A model generated the notes under the pieces. That model was not told the DNA's origin and did not search any database. It saw only the letters and a list, made by a program, of their open reading frames with translations. This document shows, piece after piece, positions 1 to 11,134 of a stretch of 64,000 nt of DNA. Source of the DNA: Pseudogymnoascus verrucosus (Eukaryota); the NCBI GenBank assembly GCA_001662655.1, contig KV460213.1; one strand, 5' to 3'. The position numbers and the translations under genes are program-made. Every line of letters begins with the position of its first letter. The stretch's first letter is position 1.

Positions 1-490
1 GTATTTGAGGTTGTAGTTGTTGAGTTTGAGGTTGTTGTTGTATGTGTTGTTGTTGAGGCTGAAAAACGCGACACTTATTTGACCGGACTTCATCTGCAAC
101 CTCACGTAATATCCGATGGCTAGGAGCGTAGCCGCTTGCAGTAAGCTCTTTAATCCACTTTAAAAGTATTTGTTCTTGGTTTTTTGAGAGGAGTTGTTGT
201 AGTAAATGTCCTTCTGTATGTGTATGATGTATTCCGCTTATACGCCTACGCACAGTATCTGGCCTTAGCCCTAAGGCAATAGCTGCTGCATTTGCAGACT
301 TATATTTTCTAGTCTGTATTCCTAAAATAGCTTTAGAAAGTCGAAAATCACGCTCCTAAGTCTTAATACTCTTGCGTTTGACCATGTTAAGTTGAGTAGT
401 AGAAGTAGTTTGGTGGTCTAGTCCTGGATTTTGGTGGGGTCGGCAAAATAGCCGGTATGGCCATGTAGCCGGTATAGCCACGACTTACGT
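1..490 (-). mobile_element. 5' end of a Fot1/pogo-type (Tc1/mariner superfamily) DNA transposon, continuing beyond the window start
   Basis: The minus strand begins ACGTAAGTCGTGGC (TIR, 490-477), flanked by TA at 491-492. ATG at 385 gives MVKRKSIKT*ERDFRLSKAILGIQTRKYKSANAAAIALGLRPDTVRRRISG...LLSKNQEQILLKWIKELTASGYAPSHRILREVADEVRS, the psq-HTH plus CENP-B-HTH N-terminus typical of Fot1-like transposases. One in-frame TAG (probable CAG>TAG). Confidence 0.88.
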
Positions 491-492
491 TA

Positions 493-1433
493 CAGCAACA
501 GCTCCTAATTTGCAATAGCTATGATAGCTATATAAGTAGAAGCTTTATATCACACTACATTTAAAATTGAATATCGCTCCTTATACTACCTCCTTATACA
601 TCTTATGTTCTATAGCTACTTAATATTTCAATTTTTAGGCCCTTAAAGCAACACCTTACAACTGCTCTCTTACACCTAAATGAGGTGCAACTCCTATATA
701 TATAGAAAGTAGAGTGGCTAGAAGCATATATAAAAGCAAAAGCAGCTGCTTTTTCAACTTCAAACATAACTTCTATATAGAGAGGGAGTAGCCTACAGCT
801 ATTTCAACTACAAACAGTCATTCGAGCAGCTACACTTCCTACTATAGACATAGTAGTATTAGAACGGCCACATACTCCTATAGAGCATAATATTTTTAAG
901 AAGGTATTCTTAAACAGTAGTCCACCTAATTTTAATACCCTTTAAAAAGCGAATTCTATGCTCTATATAGCCTTAAATCAAGGTGTTTTGAATACTCCTA
1001 CAAAGCGATATATTAATAAGTTAGTAGATAAGTTAGAACGCCTTAATACACATAATACCCTTTAAAAAAAGAGAGTGTAATAACTTACATTCAATTATTT
1101 AGAAGCGTAGGGCATAGAATAAGGGTAAAAGAGCTGTTTTGAAGGGTCAATTCTACATTTCTATAGAAGAACTCCAGTTGCAAGTTATAGAAGCAGAAGC
1201 AGCAACAGCAACAGCAACAGCTTTACAGAGGCCTAGAACAACGCCACAGCCTATAAACGAAGCTATAATTGAGGAAATAGATGAAGAGAGCGAAGAAGAG
1301 CCTTTAGAGGATGATATAGATGAATTAGGGCTGTAGTAATTGAATTATTTCGATTTTTTGAAGTTGTTGATGGGGTAGCTGCAACCCCACTACCGCCAGT
1401 ACGCCATTCCCGCCAGTACGCCACGACTTACGT
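493..1433 (+). mobile_element. 3' part of a heavily RIP-mutated Fot1/pogo-type transposon (DDE_1 remnant to 3' TIR)
   Basis: Translation from 493: QQQLLICNSYDSYISRSFISHYI*N*ISLLILPPYTSYVL*LLNISIFRPLK, a transition-mutated form of the DDE_1 motif LLIxDGHxSH...LPPHTSHxLQPLDV. It ends in GCCACGACTTACGT (1420-1433) plus TA. The ORF at 1139-1336 is the acidic transposase C-terminus. Confidence 0.9.
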
Positions 1434-1435
1434 TA

Positions 1436-1719
1436 GTTTTAAAGGGTTAATTCCATATTTCTACAGAAGAACTCTAGTCGCAAGTTGTAGAAGCAGAAGC
1501 AGTAACAGCAGTAGCTTCATAGAGGTCTAGAACTACACCACGACCTATAAACGAAGCTACAATTAAGGAAATAGATGAAGGGAGCGAAGAAGAGCCTTCA
1601 GAGGATGATATAGATGAATTAGGGTGGTAGTAATTGAATTATTTGCGATTTTTTAAAGTTGATGATATTTTTGATAGGGTGGCTTAACCCTACTATACCC
1701 ATTACGCCACGACTTACGT
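1436..1719 (+). mobile_element. 3' terminal fragment of a third, closely related Fot1/pogo-type element
   Basis: Near copy of 1136-1433 (shared GAAGAAGAGCCTT.AGAGGATGATATAGATGAATTAGGG). Ends in GCCACGACTTACGT (1706-1719) plus TA (1720-1721). Confidence 0.88.
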
Positions 1720-1939
1720 TAGGTAGAATAATAACACACGAGATGGATGTGACTATCCCTTAATCCAGCGCAATAGAGCTAGGATGATTGGCAGAATGGG
1801 ATCATCACATTGGCGCTAATGTAAGCATGTCTCTAGGATCAATAACGACCCTCTTAGAGGCCCTACATAGTAGGTAGGGTATGAAGCTTGGAATGCGAAA
1901 AACCAATAAAGTTATGCAGCTAAATAGGAGGGCACAAGG

Positions 1940-2434
1940 CTAATATCGCTTCACGACCCGTTTGTCATCGGCAAAGGTCAGAGTCTCGATCGCACTGTCT
2001 AGATCTACCCAGATGGGGTCAAAGTCTTCTCCTTCCTCTTGGGTTCCAACACCAGGCGCCGCGGTAGAGTCCCCCTGTGCAGAAAACCAAAATATAAGCT
2101 TTAGTGTGTCGTTGTCTGTGAGACGCTGGCTAAAGGCAATAGGCTCCGTGTTTAGCTCGTTGACTTGCTCGACAGTTGCTTTTGGTGTTGCAAGCGTGGG
2201 GATCCGCAGGGGAAGTATGGTAACTCGGAAGCCTGTTTCTTCATAGGTCTCTCGTACTGCAGCTTCCAGTAGACTTTCTCCAATATTCTTACGGCCTTTA
2301 GGGAGAAAAATCTCCTCGTTTTTCTTCCATTGAATAAGAAGTATCCTCTTCTCGACTGGATCCAGGGTGATTGTACCACAGCTGATAACGAAGGTTTCGG
2401 AAAGGCGGGTGAGTGTGCTCGAACTTTGCGCCAT
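1940..2434 (-). CDS. NUDIX hydrolase (intronless; C-terminus possibly frameshifted)
   Basis: Nudix box LPKGRKNIGESLLEAAVRETYEETG. First ATG at 2434. Confidence 0.85.
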   Translation of the reverse strand: MAQSSSTLTRLSETFVISCGTITLDPVEKRILLIQWKKNEEIFLPKGRKNIGESLLEAAVRETYEETGFRVTILPLRIPTLATPKATVEQVNELNTEPIAFSQRLTDNDTLKLIFWFSAQGDSTAAPGVGTQEEGEDFDPIWVDLDSAIETLTFADDKRVVKRY

Positions 2435-2879
2435 AACTGGAGCTCGGCGCAAGTTGACGCGAGTATATTTAGAGGCGAATGGGCAGGAGTTGGTCAAGGA
2501 GTTTGACTGAACAGGTTTCTTAAGGCTTTGGTGACTGAGGGTATTTAACCAAGGGTGTGGGACACCAGAGGTCAGGCCCTATAGCAAGACGTAAGTTACA
2601 CATTGGCGAAAGACGTTTTATTTCGCGCTTAGCTTAACTTACTTACTCCTCTCGGTCGTCCCCCTTACAGAAGTGTAAACAGTCTGAGTGGCTGGGATGA
2701 AAAAATCGACGTCAAGCTAGAAATCAAATTCGAAGGCTATTTATTATCTCATATAATGACGAATAACAGTTTTGGCACAGGCACATTTTTAACGGGCTAC
2801 ATACGTTAAATTAACTTGTGACCCCTCCTGGTGCCAAAATTATGCTAAATATCCTAACTTACCAAGGACAAAACTATAA

Positions 2880-4241
2880 CTACAAGTACCTGCTGCGGAA
2901 TGCATGACTGAAAGTGCTCATCTTGCTTGCCATGCCACCATGCTGCATATTACTGAGCAACGCCTCTTCGAGCGCGGATTGGGTCACGGAGGCATCTATT
3001 CAAGAATGTGTCAGTAACAGCCTCTAATAGCAGCATACATCGGGCAATCTCACCATCAAGGTCGCTGAAACTACTACCCATACTTGGTGTCCCATCGCTC
3101 TCTCTCCCCATCCCCTGTTCCTTACCTTTACTTACTGGACTCCTCCCTGCTAGCTCCGCGGTTCTGCGGCCGGGAATTGGACCTGCGCCAGCCAAGCCCC
3201 GGACCTGCTTCGGATCTCTATGGCTAGGCGGATGGTTCTGCGCGGTCGAGCTGGCTGAAGAATCAGATGTATGTGACCGAAGCACGGCATCGGATGCTTT
3301 CTTGCGATGTGAACCTCCAATCGTATCTTCGTGTGCAGCGGTTGCGCTTGGGTTATAGGCGGCAGGAGGCTTGGTTGTGGCGGTAAATGGGAGGAATGTA
3401 GGCGAATCTTCGTCATCGTCGCCATCTTCAGAGTGGTGGAGGCGACGGGGTGGACGACGTAGCATTCGACTCTGAACTGGGAGATCCGAGTCGGAGGAGG
3501 ACTCTTCTGAACTTGACTCGAGTACAGATGTTGGCGAAAACGGGGTTGGGCGTGAAGAAATGTGCGGGTGTGCGGTGTTGATTGTATTGGACGGCCTCCG
3601 TGCCCTTGACAAAGGCGACATGGACCGGCCATAAAGCTGGGCCTTCGCAGTATGGGGGCTGGAGGGGATGATGGTGTGTCGACTTTGGATCTGGGTTGCT
3701 GTGTTCGAGGATGATGTGCGGCTTATTTGGGGGGCACCAGCGCGCCCGGTGGGTTGTTGAACACTGCCGTCTGCATTTGGCGCGGGAGAATCTCTCCGAA
3801 TCGAGAGAGAGGATGGAGTTTGTTGTTGGCTACCACCAGATACCGTTCTTACCATGGCCTCACCACCAGTGCTTTCTGTACCCAGAATAGGCGATTGAAC
3901 CGTGTTCTTTGATGCTCCAACCTTTCGAAGCTGGGCCCTAACTTGGGAAAATTGACGGTCGTAGAGGTATGCTGCTTGCTGTAGTAGGAACGATAAAGAA
4001 ACATCATAACTCTCTGCCAATGTGTTCCAATTCATCTCATTGTTCTTGGGTGTCTTGGAAAGGATCTTCCACAGCGACCTATCCTTCGATGCATCCCAGG
4101 CAACCTTCACAAAGAGGTCAGACAGATGGTAGGAAAAGAGGTCGGGCAACATACCGGTGGAGGATCCACAAAGTTATCTCGTGGGAATGGTACCCTGACT
4201 ATAACAGTATATAGCGGTTCTGGATCTTCTGGAGTAGACAT
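2880..4241 (-). CDS. ATG29: Autophagy-related protein 29, 3 exons (4241-4155, 4104-3054, ~2996-2880)
   Basis: Spliced N-terminus MSTPEDPEPLYTVIVRVPFPRDNFVDPPPVAWDASKDRSLWKILS...NWNTLAESYDVSLSFLLQQAAYLY. C-terminus SMGSSFSDLDDASVTQSALEEALLSNMQHGGMASKMSTFSHAFRSRYL*. Both match the fungal Atg29 pattern. Canonical GT-AG introns. Confidence 0.92.
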
Positions 4242-4616
4242 ATTGATAGTATTCCTGCTTCCTAGATTGGCAAGCCAAGTGAGTGAGGGTAATGAGGAAA
4301 GAATGAGGAAAGAATATAGCCCTCAAGGCTACATTCATGGTCCGGCTGCGGGCGGTATGTCATGGCAGAAAGCCACCATCCCACCACCAATCTAAACCGC
4401 ACTGGTAGCAGATACTGTGTGTGAGTCAAATAGAACAACTACCGTTACAGGTCATTATTTGGTTACTATGCCCCGGTTTCACTCGATATAGGGCAGCTTT
4501 ATAGTTTGTTGTTGGGAGAAGGATAGGTTTGAAGCAGGTACTACACAGACGGTGTTACTCGTGTCCCTCGCATTCAGTATATATAGAGCAAATGGAGACA
4601 TCCAATCACTAAAACG

Positions 4617-4707
4617 GGTCTTGTGGTCTAGTGGTATGATTCTCGCTTAGGGTCCACCCTACAGCAATGTTTGCGAGAGGTCCCCGATTCGATCTCGGGC
4701 AAGACCC
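4617..4707 (+). tRNA. tRNA-Pro(AGG) with a 19-nt intron (4653-4671)
   Basis: Acceptor stem GGTCTTG/CAAGACC, A-box TGGTCTAGTGG, anticodon stem CTCGC/GCGAG with AGG at 4649-4651, T-arm CCCGA-TTCGATC-TCGGG. Oligo-T Pol III terminator at about 4717-4731. Confidence 0.93.
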
Positions 4708-5546
4708 ATCAGTACATTTTTTGCCTTTTTTCATACCTTTGTTGCTTCTTCATATATTGCTATATTTCTGTTATGCGGGGGAAGATTTAACTAAGCTACG
4801 AACCCGAATTTATTTCGAATTTGTTTTATTATTTGCAACTACAATGCATGCAAGTAAGACAGACACGCACACTTCTACTCATCGGTCCCTAATTCCCTCG
4901 AAATTACTGTATATTCTTTATTCTCGTTTTCAGGTCCCCTTTGTCTTATGTGACTTCAGCCTGTACACCCCCGCCCTCGTCCCTGACAGGTCAAGTTCCT
5001 GACCTTGCTTCCCCGCAAACAGGGGGTTAACTGCTCTAACTTCTCCGCTACAACAACAAACCAAACGACTTGCAATGTACGCACTCTTTCACTCTGCCAC
5101 TGGGAACATTGCCATTTGTAGTACAGTATATACTCCGAGTTTTGTATTAAGCTACCCCAGTCCAAGTTACCAAGTTGCTGTGAGAGTCGCCTTACATACT
5201 TACACGCTTACATTATTACATTAAGTGTGTACCCATGCAATATTACAAGCCGTGTACTGCTGTGATAATGGTAATGCATGTACCACTGTAGCCAGCCAGG
5301 CACCACGGCCCAACACTCCCCCCCAGCCCCCAAGCAACGTAAACAAACGTCAACGCCACCAATATATTACCCTTCTCCTCTTCCCTCTCCTCCTTTCCCT
5401 TCTCCCTTCCCTCCTTCCTTCTCCCCTCTCCTCCTCTCTTCAACCAACATCCCTCACTGCTCCTGCCGTTTTCAACTTCTACTGGCGTTTATAATTGAGT
5501 CACTTTCCATCTGACATTACAACCAACGAATCGCAATCCTGTCAAA

Positions 5547-6137
5547 ATGAAGCTTTCCGTGCTATCCGCTGTTCTCCTTCCCGTTCTCATCCACGCCCAG
5601 GCTATCCCCGACTGCGCAACCGCCTGTCTCTCCTCCGCCATCGTCGCCGCATCATGCACTCCTGGTGACAATGCTTGCGCCTGCACTCCCGCTAAGCAAG
5701 CTGAAATTGGCACCGCCGGCGCCCCTTGCCTGATTACCTCATGCTCCGCCGAAGAGATTCCTGCTGTCATTGCGGCCGGAAGCGCGGCATGCTCCTCCTA
5801 CTTTGCCACACAGTCTGGCTCTGCGACTGCAACGACGGGCAGCACAGCCAGTGACTCCAAGAACTCCGAGTCTACTGCTGCACCCACCATCACATCCGAC
5901 CGAAGCACCTCTGCCGAAACCACCTCTACCGAAACCACCTCTGTCCCAAGCACCTCAGGCGACTCCAGTGACACGACGACCTCAAGCGACGTCAGCACCA
6001 CCGATGGCCCTGCCGCGACGACAACCGGAGGTGGTGGGGCCCAGGCGCCCAGCTCCTCGACTGGCGGTGCGGCTGCCATGGCCACTGCATTTGGCGGGGT
6101 AGCAATGGCGCTCTTGGGCGTTGCTGTGGCCTTGTAA
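5547..6137 (+). CDS. CFEM-domain, S/T-rich, GPI-anchored cell-surface protein
   Basis: Signal peptide, 8-Cys CFEM pattern (PDCATAC...SC...DNACAC...PCLITSC...AC), S/T-rich stalk, hydrophobic C-terminal GPI signal. Confidence 0.92.
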   Translation: MKLSVLSAVLLPVLIHAQAIPDCATACLSSAIVAASCTPGDNACACTPAKQAEIGTAGAPCLITSCSAEEIPAVIAAGSAACSSYFATQSGSATATTGSTASDSKNSESTAAPTITSDRSTSAETTSTETTSVPSTSGDSSDTTTSSDVSTTDGPAATTTGGGGAQAPSSSTGGAAAMATAFGGVAMALLGVAVAL

Positions 6138-6903
6138 GGGCTCTAAGGCTTCGAACCGGCGAGGGACCAACATTTGAATGGACAATCCCCGCAATGTGTC
6201 GTACCTTGGTGGATAGATCGGATTGAGAGAAGATGAGGCGGACAGGGTAGGATCACAGAAGTGCCACAGGAACTCTCACGTTACATTCTTGCTGTAGCCA
6301 TGACCATTCATGACTTTAATAAAACACCATAACAGCTTTGATACTACTGTCTTCCATTCGTTCCGTGTGTATGAATTGCCTGCATCGGAATAACCTACCA
6401 CATCAGCACCTAAAAGCAAGCAACAGTAAACATAGGAATGTTCTCGGGATAATAATGGTATTTTATAATAGCATTTTATTGACCATGACGAAAGCCTTTC
6501 GTCGTCAGTTCATGAAGGTATTTATTTAGTGGAGACCCCGCAATTGCCCCGAAATCTGGGGAAAGCTCCACGCACATGAATGGAGTCCATAATCCTGACA
6601 CACGAACATCGATTATCAGGGATACAGTACTCGCTTCTTGGCCTACCGCAGCAAGAAACTGGAGATAGTAGGGTTTACTAGTTTATATAGCTCGATAGCT
6701 CAATTGCTTGATTGCTCGGTATCCCCATCTTTTTACTGACTCCACCACGCTCGTAACAAGCCGAGGCCCAAACACCTCGGTAAAGGCGCAACGGCTCCAT
6801 TGCAACTACGCGCTATCAACTTTATAACATATGAGGCGAATGATTGCCATTTCCGTAGTGACATGATTGTAGATTTGTGTATACCATCTAATCCTCCGCA
6901 ATA

Positions 6904-8405
6904 ATGGCAACATCTACAGAATTAAAGCCTTTTGGCTCGCCTACACCATTCGCAGAGCCTTTGTGGTACTCCCGGAACCTGACCCCGCATTATAACGAGT
7001 CCCATCGCAAACTAAGAGCTGCGATAAGAGCATATGTTGACGACGAGCTTCTCCCTTACGCGTTTGAATGGGAGTCTGCAGGGGAAGTGCCAGACTGGGT
7101 AAGCTGCGAACTGGAGTTGTGATAACGGAAACCACAACTTATAATCTGAATATAGGCCCTCAAGCGACACGCGGAACTGGGCTTTCACGCCTTGCACACA
7201 AAACTTGACAATGTGCGGCTTCCAGGCGATATTCTATTGAAGGACTGGGATAATTGGCATACTCTGATTATTACCGATGAGCTCGCACGAGTGGTTAGGC
7301 CTCCAACAAAATATTCGTTGGTTTCGATTTCTAATTTATGAAAAGGGATACACTGGAATCTTATGGGGACTTGGTGGTGGCAACGGCATTGGAGTTCCTC
7401 CGATTGCAAACTTTGGAACTCAGGAGCAGAAAGACCGCTTTTTACCTGGAGTGGCCGACGGTAGTATTCGCTTTTGCTTGGGTATTACGGAGCCAGATGG
7501 TAAGGAATCTTCTCCCTAGTTAGCTTTTGATAGCTGACATTCACAGCTGGATCCGACGTGGCCAACATCAAGACAACCGCCATCCGTCAAGGCGACCACT
7601 ACATTGTCAATGGTTCGAAGAAGTGGATTACCAACGGCATCTGGGCGGACTATGTCACAGCTGCTGTCCGCACTGGTGGCCCTGGCTCAAAGGGCATCTC
7701 GGTGCTCGTCATCCCCATGAAAGTTGAGGGTGTCACCACTCGCAAAATGTTCAACTCTGGAGTTGGTGCATCCGGATCTACATTCATTGAGTTCGACAAT
7801 GTCAAGGTGCCCGTGTCAAACTTACTCCACAAGGAAGGCCGAGGCTTTGAGGTTATCATGTCGAATTTCAATCCGGAGCGAAAGAGTATGATTACATCTG
7901 CGCTACGTATGTCGAGGGTGTGCTGTGAGGATGCATACATGCATGCCAGCACACGCGAGACATTTGGCAAGAAGCTGATCGAAAACCCTATTATTCGCGC
8001 GAAGTTCCTGAAGATGGGCAGGTTAATCGAGCCTGCCTTTGCTTTCTTGGAACAGCTAACTTGGATGATGGAGGAGAGCCGGAAGACCGGGAGGACTGAC
8101 ATCAGGATTGGGGGAATGACGGCTATGGGGAAAGTAATGGCGACGAGGTGCTTGGAGTCGTGCGTTAGAGAAGCGCAACAGGTTATGGGCGGGTTGGGAT
8201 ACTCCAAGGGCGGCAAAGGCGGGAGAATTGAGGCAATTTCGAGAGACGTGAGAGTTATGGCTGTTGGTAAGTTCCTCCCATCCGTTAATCACAGGAAGGG
8301 CTCTAATTCATACTTGCAGGTGGTGGAAGCGAGGAAATTCTCAGTGAGCTGGCGCTGAGGGAAGAGGCAAAGGATCTTTTCCTGTACCATAAAACGAAGC
8401 TATGA
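6904..8405 (+). CDS. Acyl-CoA dehydrogenase family protein, 5 exons
   Basis: Spliced motifs FCLGITEPDAGSDVANIKTTA, YIVNGSKKWITNG, RETFGKKLIE, QVMGGLGY, RDVRVMAVGGGSEEIL. Four GT-AG introns. Ends KTKL*. Confidence 0.92.
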
Positions 8406-8728
8406 TTTGTATTGTAAGTACTGGGCATATATAGCAGACAGATACCTTTATATATTTGGTTTCTTGTATGATATTGGCTTCAAACAAGAGGTTCGTGGGG
8501 GTGTGACTAAAGTTTTGTGAATATACTGTGCCCTACAAAGCGCTCATTCACTTGGTATACTATGTACGAGACCATCAATCCCTATGAATAGACTATACCA
8601 AAAACTATTTTGCGCCTGCTTTTATTACCCTCTTGCCTCCACTGCCATCTTCACTCAGCGAACCAGTTCCCAGTCCATGAAACCCGTGATATGAGAACAA
8701 GCTATTCACACACCCAACTTTCAACATC

Positions 8729-9185
8729 ATGTCCTCTTCAGCACATCGCTATCCCAGCGCCAGCCAACCATATAGATACCCCAATATGGAATATGAGAAG
8801 GATGTAGCCACTACTTCTCTCGGCCCTCCCCCACATCTCGATGGTGACTCTCTGCTATGGGAAGAAATAGACCTCCATAAAGAAGCAGTAGTAGCACGCC
8901 CCGACCTGACCAAAGAGCTAGATGACATACAGATGCGCGGAGGTTCAAGCTGGTGTAAGGCGTTATGCATTGCTTGTCGCTGGAATTGCTGGAATATGAA
9001 CAGGTGATAAGCTGTGGCTCGGTTTATTCACGCTGGAGGGCAAAATACAAAGGGTTGTTGGCCGTCTCGTGAAGGACCATATGGAGGGGGTGTATATGTC
9101 CCTGGAGTGCCCGGTTGGGAATGGGACGGCTGCTATCCTTTGTAGCGTTCATAATGGGGGGGTGCGCCGTCTGCGTTGCTCATAG
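8729..9185 (+). CDS. Small hypothetical protein (92 aa unspliced to 9007, or 135 aa using intron 8955-9003)
   Basis: ATG in a good context (CAACATCATG). A GTAAGG donor at 8955 and CAG acceptor at 9003 join in frame to an open frame ending at TAG 9185, but the branch point is non-canonical. No family recognised. Confidence 0.35.
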
Positions 9186-9447
9186 GGATGTCTCCATATT
9201 CGCTGGCACGCCTGGCTAAAGAGAAAGCTTCCCATCTTATTTGTATCATAGATTGACCGGCGTAAGCAAGCGTTGGTCTACAGAGCAGACTGTGCAAAGC
9301 AAAATAAACGAAATGAAAGATAGAATTAGTCCAATATTTCCAATGAAATTTCGACTATAGTGGCCCTATATACGTTCTTTGCCAACTAAATACAACCCAA
9401 ACCTACTCACTTGTCTCACCAAAGACATCAACCAAACGCTCCTCCAT

Positions 9448-10426
9448 TTACAAGCACTGCGAGTACCACTGGTTAGCAGCCTGGCAAGTGCTTCCGCTAG
9501 CGCAAACAGTTCCGCCAGTCCATCCCTGACCACCACACTGTCCGTACTTCGCAACGGTACCGCTACCCGATCCACCCGTGGGAGTAGTGGTCGGCGGGTT
9601 GGTGCCGGTGGCGCTGAGCTGGCTGTTGATGAAGGCCAGTGCCTGCTGTCCGTACACGTTTCCGTAGCTCTGGTGCGTGTTCGCGTCATTGCCGTTGCAG
9701 CAGTAGGGGTCAGCGGCGTCGCAGTAGCTCTTGATCTTGCTGGCGGATGGGCACTGGAAACCCGATGGGCGGGGGGCGAACTGGGGGTTTTATTAGCTAT
9801 GGTTAAGTCTGAATGGTGGGAGGAAGGCTTACTCCGCTTGCTTGGCAGGTTCCGACGTTGTAGGACAGGCCGGGGATGTGGCGTGGGTCACCCATGAAGA
9901 TAGCAGCCTTGATCATGTTGACGGCTGAAGCCTGGATGGGAATTGAGGTATCGCTGATCCCCTCATTGGTATCACCACCACCGCAGAACGCATCGTCAAA
10001 GATTTGACCACCCTATTAACTAGTTAGCTTCTCTCCTCTATAATTAACCATCAGCTCCAGCTGGTTGCTAACCTGAGAGTATCCGACAAGGACGAGCTGC
10101 GTGCTTGGGCATCTGGTGTTGAATGCGTTAACAGCGCTGGCGACAGCCTTGACTCCCTGCTGAACAGAGTTGGCGTAGCTAACTCCGCCACAGCTGGATT
10201 GTCCACCACAAGCTGGGTAGACAATGGCCTCAGCGGTGGATCCGGAGTGTGCGTTCAGAACCAAGTTAACAACAACCCCGGCGGTACCATAGCCTGGAGA
10301 CACCGTAGTCTCGCGAGCCCCAAAGATGTGAATACCAGGACAGCTGCTCTGGCGTTCTTCAAGTACGCCTGCTGGCGACGCGAGCGCGCCGCCGAGGAGA
10401 AGAAGGGAAGTAGCTGCCTTGAGCAT
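9448..10426 (-). CDS. Secreted acetylxylan esterase (CE5, cutinase fold) with C-terminal CBM1, 3 exons
   Basis: Signal peptide; [12 protein letters not shown]; nucleophile motif GYSQG across intron 1; [20 protein letters not shown] and catalytic His. T/G linker, then CBM1 [32 protein letters not shown]. Confidence 0.95.
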
Positions 10427-10906
10427 GTTGAGAAGCTGAATAGATAGATGAGTGCTGCTGTAGGAATTGGGACCTGGATATATTTGAGATGGGGAAGGGA
10501 AGAGCTGAAGAGAGAAAGGGAAATGCTGGCTTTATAGCCATATGAGAATGAGACGGCCCACCCATCATGAGGTGGTATTTCCTACCAAGCTTTTCTCGTC
10601 TTGATGACCTCTCGAGCCTTTCCCTTCCCCCGGAATGGAAGCTTTCCTTATTTACCCGCCAGGAACAACAGTCGAGTGCAGTTTCAATAATAAGGTCTCC
10701 ACCGGCTGCCCAGCGTGGCCGGGCCATATGCCGAACCATATCGCAATCAGTATCTGCCATCAAAACACTTTAACCAAAATAGCGTTCTAACACATGCAGT
10801 GAGATCCGCGGCATAGACGACGGTTGGCAGGCCACGAAGCACCAGGGATCGGAAATGCCCTATTGGATGAGGAAACATGCTAACGCATGGGGCTTTAAAT
10901 TGAGAT

Positions 10907-11134
10907 CCCCGCCTTATTGTCATTTAGTCGGCTGGATGGCATCCCGTCACGAGCATCGCCTTCTAGAATTTGCCGACATCCCGGTTGTTGATTTGACCCG
11001 GGGGTCAATGCGAGACAGATCTGGATGCTTTTAAGCGTTGCGGGGTTAATGTGGGGATTTAGGCACAATGCCGAACCTAGCACTTAGATTGATATAGACG
11101 CCTCAATAAAGCAAGCGGCTGGAGCAGACTGGAG
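10907..11134. promoter_or_regulatory. Cluster of CreA-type SYGGRG sites upstream of the acetylxylan esterase
   Basis: CCCCGC 10907-10912, GCGGGG 11040-11045, GTGGGG 11051-11056, CTGGAG 11119-11124 and 11129-11134. The motif is short and degenerate. Confidence 0.35.

Noticed and set aside
1139..1336. 65-aa acidic ORF as an independent gene
   Set aside because: It is the C-terminal remnant of the transposase in element B, starts at TTG, and is duplicated at 1436-1630.
2589..2596. ACGTAAGT as a matching left TIR
   Set aside because: Only 8 bp match, it is not preceded by TA, and it is not followed by CGTGGC.
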